Assembly (NCBI GenBank): GCA_963845755.1 | Contig: CAWJTV010000020.1 | Coordinates: forward strand, 32,001 to 96,000 | Direction: 5' to 3' | Length of the DNA stretch: 64,000 nt | Source: an uncultured Planctomycetota bacterium | GTDB taxonomy: Bacteria > Planctomycetota > Planctomycetia > Isosphaerales > Isosphaeraceae | Part shown: piece by piece, positions 45,058 through 53,893 of the stretch | Numbering within the stretch: position 1 is the stretch's first letter | How the letters are laid out: each line of letters begins with the position of its first letter | Translations under genes and position numbers: made by a program | Notes under the pieces: generated by a model | Told to the model about the DNA's origin: nothing | The model's database searches: none | Seen by the model: the letters and a program-made list of their open reading frames with translations, nothing else

Positions 45058-45711
45058 TCATTTCAGGTCTTCGTCGCTGAACCACGGCTTTTCCATCATA
45101 TCCACGATCTGCTTGGCAATGCTCTGGGTGATCTGGTAATAGGCGGACAGCGTGGTCTCGCCGACTTCGGGGATGAAGTTGTTGACCTCCGTGACCGCGG
45201 TCGGTTGCCGGGTCTTCTCGAGCTCGGTCTCCGGATTGTGCGTCCAGTTCACCCAGACGGTCATCATCGCGTTGAGCTCGCGCGGCAGGTTCGTCGGCGC
45301 CTCGACCACCAGGTTCTTGTCCGTAACCGTGATCACCCCCTTCAGGATGGAGTCGGCCTGCTCCGGCTTGCCGACCACCCGGAAGGGCGTTCGCATGTTG
45401 ATTTCCTTGGTGACCGCCTCAGTCAGCATGAGCTGGAGATCGCGCCGGAAGGTCTGCGTCTTGAAGTAGACGAAGACCGTCTTGACCTCCGAGGTATCGT
45501 AGGGCGCCTGCATGTGCCAGCCGAAGAACCCATCATTCTCCGCCGTGCCCGAGGGCGACCCGACCGGCAGGTTGGTGCAGCCGGAGACCAGGCTCGCCAG
45601 CCCGATCACTCCCAGCATCCGGGTCAAACGCACACTCCATCTCGGTCGTCGCGAGCCCCGAGGCGGCGAAGCCCCGCCTCGTCGCGGACGCTGAAGGACG
45701 CTGTGCCGCAT
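45058..45711 (-). CDS. lptE: LptE-family LPS assembly lipoprotein
   Basis: Lipobox VSGC; TFRRDLQLMLTEAV, ADSILKG, IVDMMEKPW; recO-bamD-lptE context. Confidence 0.7.
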   Translation of the reverse strand: MRHSVLQRPRRGGASPPRGSRRPRWSVRLTRMLGVIGLASLVSGCTNLPVGSPSGTAENDGFFGWHMQAPYDTSEVKTVFVYFKTQTFRRDLQLMLTEAVTKEINMRTPFRVVGKPEQADSILKGVITVTDKNLVVEAPTNLPRELNAMMTVWVNWTHNPETELEKTRQPTAVTEVNNFIPEVGETTLSAYYQITQSIAKQIVDMMEKPWFSDEDLK

Positions 45712-45901
45712 GAGACCGTACCTCCCCTGGGATTTCGGGTACGCGATTCCTGTTTCAAGACCCAGAATTCCAGTTTTCACTCGCCTTGGAGAACGCGTCA
45801 GAGGTTCATGTTCTCGCTTCTTGAATTGGGAATCTGGAATTCCCCATCCATTCGCTCAAGAAAGCCCCGGAATTACGATCGATTGCCCACTCCCGACAGC
45901 C

Positions 45902-47375
45902 TCACATCATTCCGCCCATGCCGCCCATCCCCATGCCACCCATGCCGCCCATGCCACCCATCCCCATGCCGCCCATCCCCATGCCGCCCATGCCGCCCAT
46001 GGGACCGGCGCTCATGAACGGATCCGTCGCGCCCGGCGGGATGATGATCTTACTGGGCTTCGAGGGTTTGCGCGGGAGCTTGGCGAGCTGGGCGAGCTCG
46101 GTCTTGGCCTTGGCGGCCCACGGGCTACTGGGCCATCGCTGAGGGATCTTTCCGAAGTAGAATTCGGCCGACGCGACCTTGCCGATCTTCTTGTAGTAGG
46201 CGCCGTCGCGGAAGGTCTTCTCCGCCTGAGCCTCATTGATCACATCGAGCGTGTGATACAGCTTCTCGAACGAGGCCTGGCGCTCGGGGAACGTTTGCAT
46301 CGTCTGCTTGACCAGGTCGCGGGCTTTCTCCAGGCCGGCGCCGTCATACTCGGGGCCGAGATAGCCCTTCATCCGCGCGTCGATCGCGGCGAGCTGGGCA
46401 TCTTGCAAGAAGGGGCTCTTGCGCGGCCCGTACTCGGCGATGAACTGGTCGTAATAGAGCGCAGCCGACTCATAATCCTGGTGTTTCATGTGAAAATCGG
46501 CGATCTGTATCGTGGCGTCGTCGGCGAGCGGGCCGTCCGGTTGAAACTGGCGGACGTGCTCGAGGGACTTCAGGCCCTGGCCCTGGCTGTCGAGCAGGGG
46601 CAGCCGGCTGTCGAAGCGGGCGAACCACGGCACCTTCTTGTCGGCGGGCGCCTTGGGATCGGTCTGGGCGAGCCAGAACTGGGCGAGCTCGTACTCGCGG
46701 GCGCAAAGCTTATCCAGGTAGGCGGTCGCGGGGTAGTCGGTGTGGAGGCGATCGAAACTGTCGTGGGCCGTGACGAACTTCTTCTGCTGATACTGGGACT
46801 CGGCCAGGTAAAACTGGGCGTTCTCACCCCAGGTAGACCCCTTGCGGTCCTTGGCCTTGGCGATCTTGGCAAACTGCCGCTCGGCCTCGGCGAACTTCCC
46901 CTGCTGGAACAGCTTGAATGCGGACTGGAACTCGGCGTCGGCCTGGGGGTTGGGTGCCGGCTTGGCGAAGGGACGCCAGCCGTTGGAGCCAAGGACGAGC
47001 GTCGAAGGCGGGGGATCGCCGATGGTCGGGTTCTTCCGTGGCGTCATCCAGGCGCTGGAGCAGGTTCGTGGAGTCGGTCGATCCACTGGAGTCGGCCATC
47101 TCCTCCGGGTTGAGCCTCCGGAAGATGTTGGAGTCATACGCGGCGCACCATTCGGCCAGCGGGCTGGAAATGCTCTGACAGCCGGTGAGCCCCAGCAGCA
47201 GCAGCCCCGCGGCCAGGCAAACGATTCGCTTTTGGATCTTGGATTTGGAATCTGGGATTTGGAATCTGGAATTCTGGGTTCTGGATTCAGGATTCAGGAT
47301 TATGGACGGGAAGACCCTCCAGGTCTGGCCCGCGATCCAAAATCCATAATCCAAGATCCAAAATCGGAGGACCAT
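45902..47375 (-). CDS. bamD: BamD/ComL-like TPR lipoprotein with (GGM)n tail (frameshift ~47050)
   Basis: Lipobox LTGC; TPRs (AQFYLAESQY, DYPATAY), GPEYDG, SAEFYF..RWPSSPWA; RBS GGGAG before ATG at 47375. Confidence 0.78.
47231..47365. repeat. Inverted heptamer-array hairpin (TTTGGAT)n / (ATCCAAA)n inside the bamD 5' coding region
   Basis: About 11 degenerate units at 47231-47307 and 4 complementary units at 47335-47365. Confidence 0.85.
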
Positions 47376-47379
47376 TCGG

Positions 47380-48126
47380 TCACACTCCCAGTAAAGGGCG
47401 GAGTCGGGGACGATGCCCGAGGACGTGACTGATCACCGCCCCGATGGTTTCCCGGACCGGCGCGAGGCCCGCGGAGCTGGCATCCAGCTCGCGCCAGGCA
47501 CGCCCGGGGCTGGCCAGGGCCCGGATGGATTCCAGGTCCCTGACCGACATGGACGCGACATGCGGCTGGCCGGTCCGGCATGCATCACAGAGCACGCCTC
47601 CCGAGGCCAGCCCGAACCACACCACCTCCCTCGGCGCCGCGATGACCGCGCCGCAGTGCGCGCAGGCCTCGAGCGCGGGCATCAACCCCAGCTCGCGCAG
47701 GCACGCCAGCTCGAATCGAAGGAGCCTCCGCGACCGCAACTCGGCCTCGCCCAGATGCCGCAAGGTGATCCTCGCCGCGTCGAACAGCTTCGGGTGCGGA
47801 TCGTGGAAGTCGGTCAGGTCGGACAGCAATTCGGCGATGTAGTAGCCGGCATACAAGGCCGCCAGATCGCGGCGCAGAGGGGCAAAGCGCTCCACCGGCG
47901 CGGCCTCGACCAGGAGGTCCAGCGCCTCGGACGCCTTGGGAAACAACACGATATCGGAAACCCCCAGCAGGTCAAGCCCACCCTGGAACGGCGACTTCGG
48001 CCGCCGGCCTCCCTTGGCCAGCGCCGAAACTTTCCCCAATTCGCGGGTGAAGAGCGTCACCACGAGGCTGGTCTCGAAGACCTCGATCGATCGCAGGACC
48101 AGGGCGAGTGTCCGATTGGCGGGCAC
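47380..48126 (-). CDS. recO: DNA repair protein RecO
   Basis: ETSLVVTLFTRELGKVSALAKGGRR; zinc finger CAHC...CDAC. Confidence 0.95.
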   Translation of the reverse strand: MPANRTLALVLRSIEVFETSLVVTLFTRELGKVSALAKGGRRPKSPFQGGLDLLGVSDIVLFPKASEALDLLVEAAPVERFAPLRRDLAALYAGYYIAELLSDLTDFHDPHPKLFDAARITLRHLGEAELRSRRLLRFELACLRELGLMPALEACAHCGAVIAAPREVVWFGLASGGVLCDACRTGQPHVASMSVRDLESIRALASPGRAWRELDASSAGLAPVRETIGAVISHVLGHRPRLRPLLGV

Positions 48127-48474
48127 GGGGCCTCCTGGGGCTGTTGAGAGTGTCGTCGATAGTGAAATCGGCCGAATTGATCCGAGCCCGGCCTCGCTGG
48201 ACTTGCACGTTGGCGGCGGATTCGCCCGGAAGCCAGGCCAGGGGATCCCCCTGTCGGAACGTGGGGAAGACGCCGCCTAATCTGCGAGACCGTCATCCCC
48301 GGAGAACTCCGCAAAGGCAATTCTCCTGATCGTAACGAAATTGTGGATTGATATGGTCAGTGGTCTGAACCCGATTCGGATCGGACTCGTCGAGTTGAGA
48401 ATATTTATCAGTCACGCGGTCTATATGGTCTGGGAGTTTTATTCTGTGGGTTTTCGGGATAGTTCGCGCGGGAT

Positions 48475-48570
48475 TTGGCTTCGTTTGGTGAAATTCGGGC
48501 CTGGGCGCGTCGTGGCTTGGCTTCGTTTTGCGGTATTCGGCCCGGGCCAACCGGCCGCTTGGCTTCGTTT
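48475..48570. repeat. Three TTGGCTTCGTTT direct repeats with a 42-bp period
   Basis: Exact 12-mers at 48475, 48517 and 48559, separated by 30-bp dissimilar spacers. Confidence 0.85.
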
Positions 48571-49264
48571 CGTGGATCTGGGATCCAGCATCTCGGGGAT
48601 CTCTGGGGTCATTCGTTAGAAGCCGGGGCACCCTCAAGCCGGGTCGTTGCTTCAATCAGTGGAATTGCACGCCAACGAGCACGCACTGATGATTCCTGTC
48701 AGACAATCTACCGTGCCTGACTGCGCATCAATGGCTCATTGGTTCCATCGCGACTCGGTAGATGTCGTTCCGGTCTCGTTGCACCGATCGCGACGAACCG
48801 CGGGCCCAACCTCCTTCGTTCGAGCGTCTCGACCGATCATTCATGCACATAGTGGATCTTGGCTTCCAGGCGGAAACGATCGCGTGAAGCGGGTATCCGA
48901 CCAAACCTAATCGAGACGATCTTCGGCGCCTCACCGACGATGCGCCCCGTTCTCAAGCACGGATTATTGAGCAAGGTTCGCGTGGCGAGTTGGCACGTTT
49001 CTGTCACCTTCCTGGCGGGTCGCTATACCTGATCTCTTTAGCCGGAAGTGGGTTGCGGCGAGCCCGTGCTTGGGTCGGAGCGTTCCGATCGCCGGTTTTC
49101 GGAGTGATCTGGCGGTGCCCATACTATCAGGATGCCTCAACTTGGAAAAAATGTTAATGCACCTATCGCAGAACTTGGACCTCGAGCCTCCCGAACTCTC
49201 AGTGCCAGAAGCAGATAGACAATTCCAAAAAAAATTTCAGCCTGTTGATTAGCCGACGTCTTCA

Positions 49265-49460
49265 CGGGGCCGAACGGGACGGTGGAGAGCGATTCAGGCT
49301 GTGAATCACTCGGACAGCCTGCCCGTCGTCACGATCGGAGATCCCGATCGCGTGGTCCAGGATCGTCTCCATGCCGAGAAAGTCGCCGAGCCGCTGCTCG
49401 AAAAGCTGGTCGCCATCGACGACTTCCGCGGCGCGGGGACGGATCTACGGCCCGTTATCT
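49265..49460 (+). pseudogene. C-terminal remnant of a PIN-like (DUF5615-type) toxin gene
   Basis: AIQAVNHSDSLPVVTIGDPDRV...EKVAEPLLEKLVAIDDFRGAG(fs)RIY resembles my recollection of the C-terminus of DUF433-linked PIN-like proteins; no N-terminal half visible. Confidence 0.5.
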
Positions 49461-52400
49461 CTACAAGTGTCCGGGGGCAAACCCAATGGTGGCTCGAACG
49501 GATCGCAGGGGAACTGGAGATCGAAGACGATGGCCTGGAGGGCGGGATCTCCCCGGAGTTTCGCCAGGGAAGTGTCGAGCAGGAGCTTGCCGGACTCGTC
49601 GCGGAGCTGCAAGATCTGTTCGATGATCCAGCCCAGGTCGGAGGTGTCCGCGGGAATGGGGCTCTTCTGGCGCGGCTTCAGCCCGTTGTAGGCGGAGCGC
49701 AGCAGGGATGGGGCCTCGGTGTACTTTTTCTGGGCGAGCAAGCAAACGCCGAGGCGGATTTGGGCCATGTGGCGTTCCCGTTCCTCGAACTGATTCTTCC
49801 TGAAGAAGACCAATTCATCGCGGATGTACGGTTCGGCCTTGTGATAATCTCCCAGGACGAGAAAGAACATCCCGGCGACCTGGTTGGCCTGGGCCGTCGT
49901 ACCGTGCTCGAGCCCCCACCGGGCGCGCGCGATCTCGGCCGACTCGATCAACGCCCGACCGAGCTGCTTCATGTCCCTCCTCTGGGCATAGATACTCGCC
50001 AGCCCCGCCAGTGCGGCAATCGTCGTCTCGTGGTTGCGATCCAGCGACTTGCGACATCCGACCAGCGCCTCGGATAAGAGCAGCTCGGCCTTGTCCAGGA
50101 TGCCCTGCTCGGCATAGAGCATTCCCAATTTGACGAGGGATTGGAGTGTTGAGGGATGCTCGCGGCCGGGCACCTTGGACTGAAACTCGACCGCGTCGAC
50201 CAGGAGTCGTATCGCATCGTTCTTCTTGCCCCGGCGCTGATAGACGTCGGATAAGTTCTGTCTTGCCATCGACGTGATGGGATGTTCGACGCCCAGGACC
50301 TTCTGCATTTTGTTCAGAACGTCAGTCAACGTCTGCTCCGCCAGTTCCCGCTTCTGTTGCTCCAAATAGACCATTGCCAGGGTGCTTCTCACCTGGAGCG
50401 TCTCGGGATCATCTGAGCCTTGCTTCACCTGGAGTGCGTCTCGTACCTGAGTCAGGAGCCCTTCGGCTTCTGGATACCGGCGCTGGCCGTAGTAGAGAAT
50501 ACCGACGAGAGTGGTCGCATCGAGCAGGTCGCGATGCTGGGAATCTCGCGACTTTCTCAGTCCCCTCATGGCTTCGACCAGGAGCGGCTCAGCCTCGGCG
50601 ATCTTCCCGTCTTCGTAATAGAGGAGCCCCAAGGCTTTCATGGCGAGGAGTGTGTCGGGATCGTCGTTGTCCAGGACGGTGCGGCGCAAATCCAGGGCCC
50701 GCTGAAGGTGCGGGAGGGCCTGCGCGAAGAGGCCCAATTGATAGTACGTCTCGCCGACCGTCTGGCGAATCGATGCTTCCACGAGCGGCTGACTCGCGAA
50801 TCGATCACCGATCTTGGCGGCGGATCGGTCGAGGGCCGTCCGAACCTTCAAGTCCGGGTCGTGCTGTATGCGAAGTGTCGGCAGGTTGAACGCGCTGGCC
50901 TGGGCCAGCATGTCCTGTTGCACGAACGCTCTGACCGCCTTGGAGATCTCAGCCTCAGCCTCGGCCCGGTCGCGCTGCTTGCGGGTTGCGGCCTCGGCCT
51001 GGGTTGCCCGGAGAGCTTCACTTTCGGCTTTGCCCAGTGCCTTGGTGGCGAGGACAGCCTGCCAGCCGCTGACGACCGTGCCGACAACCAGGATCGCGAT
51101 CGACGCGGCCACCCATGGGTTTCGCCGGCACCAGCGCACAACGCGCTCGGGGGGAGAAGCCCGGCGTGCGAGGATCGTTCGACCGTCGAGGAACCGCCGC
51201 AAGTCGTCCGCCAGTGCCCCGGCTGTCGCGTAACGACGATCCGCCTCGCGCGCGATCGCCTTATGGATGATCGTCTCCAGGTCCCTGGGAACTCTCGGCA
51301 CGCGTGTGGCCAGCCTCGGCGGCCCCTCGCGTCGAATTCGTTCGATCAGATGGAAACGATCCACTTCCTCAAATGCCGGAACCTGCGCGGCCAGTTCGTA
51401 GAGGCTCAGACCCAGGCTGTAAACGTCGGCCCGCGCATCGCACTGACCTTGAAAGCGTTCGGGAGCCATGTACCGCACCGTGCCAACGATGTCACCGGAG
51501 GCCGTCAAACCGTCAACCCCGATCGTCTTCGCCAATCCGAAGTCGGTGACCCAGACGTTCCCGCGAACATCCCGCAACAGGTTCGACGGCTTGATGTCGC
51601 GATGGAGGACGCCCTGACGGTTGGCGTACTCCAGCGCGTCCGCGACCTGAACGCCGATGCGAGCGAGGGCCTGGAAGTCAGCAAGGTTGCGACCCAAATG
51701 CGTCAAGATCTCGCCGGAACCGGGCAGGACAACGGGCGGCGAATCGGATGGCACAAACTCCGATGGGATGTTCGGCGGAGGGAAGATGGCCGTCTCTCCC
51801 GACCTCTCCTCCAGGGAAGTCTCGCCGCGCGGAGAGGATGCTCCCTCGCCGAACTGGCCCGATGCCGGCGACTGCGCCACATCGGCCACCGTCGCTCTCG
51901 AAGGGCAGGGAGTCGCGGGCGAGTGGGGGTGATCCACGGGACTCATGCTATCGACCATCTCGGGACCCGTACCTTCGCGCGATCCCGACGCGGACTCACG
52001 CTGACGACGTAACTCGCCGAGGACGGCGTCCAGACCCTGGCCCTCGATGTATTGCATCAGATAATAGTGCTGTCCAGCCTGCTCGCCGACGCCGAAGATG
52101 GGGACAATGTTGGTGTGGTGCAGTCGCGCCGCGGCCTGGGCTTCGTGCTTGAACCGCTCAACCTGCTTAGGGTGGGCCAAGGCGTTGAAGGGCAACAACT
52201 TGAGTGCCACGCGACGATTCAATCGCTGATCCACAGCCTCGTAGACGATCCCCATGCCGCCTCGGCCGATCTCGCGGATGATCTTAAGGCCTTCGATATT
52301 CGGGCCGAAGTCGGGAGATGATGGTGATGGAATGCCGTTGATGGGCGGCTGGTCAGGATCGTCCGGCCGAGGTCCTTTCGCCTCGACACGGTCGAGCAAG

Positions 52401-52594
52401 CGAGCGATCCGCTCATCGTTCTCTCGACTCGAAAAGGACGGATCGGCCGATTCTCGGCCTTTCGTCATCTGCTCCAGGAGTTGCTGGCATCGATCGCATT
52501 CTTCAATGTGGGCCTCGACGGCCCGGGATTCCGAACCTTCCAACTGATTGTGGAGGAACCGTTCGAGCTGTTGCGGGGTCGAGCAGGGGTTCAT
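49445..52594 (-). CDS. Ser/Thr kinase with zinc anti-sigma-like N-terminus, TM and TPR repeats
   Basis: HIEECDRC; GRGGMG, VALK, HRDIKPSN, DFGLAK, GTVRYMAPE; TM WVAASIAILVVG; kinesin-light-chain-like TPRs (EHPST). Confidence 0.95.
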   Translation of the reverse strand: MNPCSTPQQLERFLHNQLEGSESRAVEAHIEECDRCQQLLEQMTKGRESADPSFSSRENDERIARLLDRVEAKGPRPDDPDQPPINGIPSPSSPDFGPNIEGLKIIREIGRGGMGIVYEAVDQRLNRRVALKLLPFNALAHPKQVERFKHEAQAAARLHHTNIVPIFGVGEQAGQHYYLMQYIEGQGLDAVLGELRRQRESASGSREGTGPEMVDSMSPVDHPHSPATPCPSRATVADVAQSPASGQFGEGASSPRGETSLEERSGETAIFPPPNIPSEFVPSDSPPVVLPGSGEILTHLGRNLADFQALARIGVQVADALEYANRQGVLHRDIKPSNLLRDVRGNVWVTDFGLAKTIGVDGLTASGDIVGTVRYMAPERFQGQCDARADVYSLGLSLYELAAQVPAFEEVDRFHLIERIRREGPPRLATRVPRVPRDLETIIHKAIAREADRRYATAGALADDLRRFLDGRTILARRASPPERVVRWCRRNPWVAASIAILVVGTVVSGWQAVLATKALGKAESEALRATQAEAATRKQRDRAEAEAEISKAVRAFVQQDMLAQASAFNLPTLRIQHDPDLKVRTALDRSAAKIGDRFASQPLVEASIRQTVGETYYQLGLFAQALPHLQRALDLRRTVLDNDDPDTLLAMKALGLLYYEDGKIAEAEPLLVEAMRGLRKSRDSQHRDLLDATTLVGILYYGQRRYPEAEGLLTQVRDALQVKQGSDDPETLQVRSTLAMVYLEQQKRELAEQTLTDVLNKMQKVLGVEHPITSMARQNLSDVYQRRGKKNDAIRLLVDAVEFQSKVPGREHPSTLQSLVKLGMLYAEQGILDKAELLLSEALVGCRKSLDRNHETTIAALAGLASIYAQRRDMKQLGRALIESAEIARARWGLEHGTTAQANQVAGMFFLVLGDYHKAEPYIRDELVFFRKNQFEERERHMAQIRLGVCLLAQKKYTEAPSLLRSAYNGLKPRQKSPIPADTSDLGWIIEQILQLRDESGKLLLDTSLAKLRGDPALQAIVFDLQFPCDPFEPPLGLPPDTCRDNGP

Positions 52595-52626
52595 CGCGGA
52601 TTCTCGATCGTGGGTCCTGCCGGGCT

Positions 52627-53244
52627 TCAACTCCGATTGCGAGTATCCCATCCATCCTCGAGCTTTCCGAGCTCCTCCTGAAGCATCCGGAGCACGGTCG
52701 ACTTGGCTTTGTAGACTCCACCGACGGTCATGCCCAGGACCTTGGCGACTTCACGGGCGGGTCGCTCATCGCGAGCCGTGGACTCGTAGGCCTCCCACGT
52801 CTTCGCTTCGACACGTTGTCGTACGGCCTGGGCTGCCGCTTCCAGAAGCTCGAGGTCGAATTCGCGCTCGATCCGGGAGACCAAATCGACGCGCGCTTCC
52901 TGGCTCGACAGCAGACTGAGATTCTCGCTTCCACCCGCGGCAACTCGGCGTGCATTTCTCCGCCACGCGTCACGGAAGGCGTCCCTTGCGACCTTCCTCA
53001 AGAAACCGCGGAAGCTCTGCGTGGAATCGTAACGAAACCCCGGCAACTTCACGGCAAGATTCGTGAGCACGGTCTGGGTGATGTCTTCCGCATCCGCGTC
53101 CTGTGCTCCCCATTCGCCACACCAGCGAATGATGCATGGGCCATAGCGTTTCGTGAACTGTCTCCAGGCCTCCTGGTCGAGCGGGAGCGCGGCCACACGT
53201 AGGAGCAACGAGGAGCTTGTCTTCAAGGTGTTGCCAGCCGCCAT
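52627..53244 (-). CDS. ECF sigma factor (kinase-associated planctomycete type)
   Basis: KTSSSLLLR, AWRQFTKRY, DAEDITQ, SFRGFL, EVAKVLGMTVGGVYKAKS. Confidence 0.92.
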   Translation of the reverse strand: MAAGNTLKTSSSLLLRVAALPLDQEAWRQFTKRYGPCIIRWCGEWGAQDADAEDITQTVLTNLAVKLPGFRYDSTQSFRGFLRKVARDAFRDAWRRNARRVAAGGSENLSLLSSQEARVDLVSRIEREFDLELLEAAAQAVRQRVEAKTWEAYESTARDERPAREVAKVLGMTVGGVYKAKSTVLRMLQEELGKLEDGWDTRNRS

Positions 53245-53893
53245 GGCGAGACTCTGCTCTCTTCGCGGATATCCGGTTCCTGCTATGTCATCGCCGACCG
53301 CCCAACATCTGCAGTTTTTTGATTGCCGCCCGGAATAGTGAAATCTTTTCGGAGTTGAGAGTCAGAATCGACTGAGATCGTTCGGATAGATACTGAGGCT
53401 AACCGCGAGGCGCTCGGGAATCAAACACATTCTCGGTTTTCGGAGATGGTGCGCCTCAATCGGAACTTTGGGTCGCTCGGCCATTTCGCCGAGAAGGACC
53501 GGACGACGCGAGTGACGGCATCCTCGGCGTGAGATCGTCGTCCGCCTCTCACTGATATTAACACATTAATAATATGCGGTGATTTCGTCGCGTGAGTCAA
53601 CAACTTTCGACAAGAACGGACCCTGACAATGTGCGCACGGAGTTTCACGTTGTGGGTGATCGTACTGCTGATCGCGGTTGTCACGGCATTGTCGCCCTCG
53701 CCGACGATAGAACCGCGCATGCTTGCGAAATGATGCCACGAGCCCGGTGCGACGCTGCCGGATCTCTGCTCGGCCTGGATGCCGACGCCATCGGTTTGAC
53801 TGGTTGCTTCTGAACTTAAGAATTCGCGTCTCCTTCCATCCATTCGGTTTCAGTGACCGCTCGGTGATCGCGATCCACCTGGAGACTCATCCC

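Noticed and set aside
48475..48570. CRISPR array
   Set aside because: Repeat is only 12 bp, 3 copies, non-palindromic, and no cas genes are in the window; kept as an unexplained repeat
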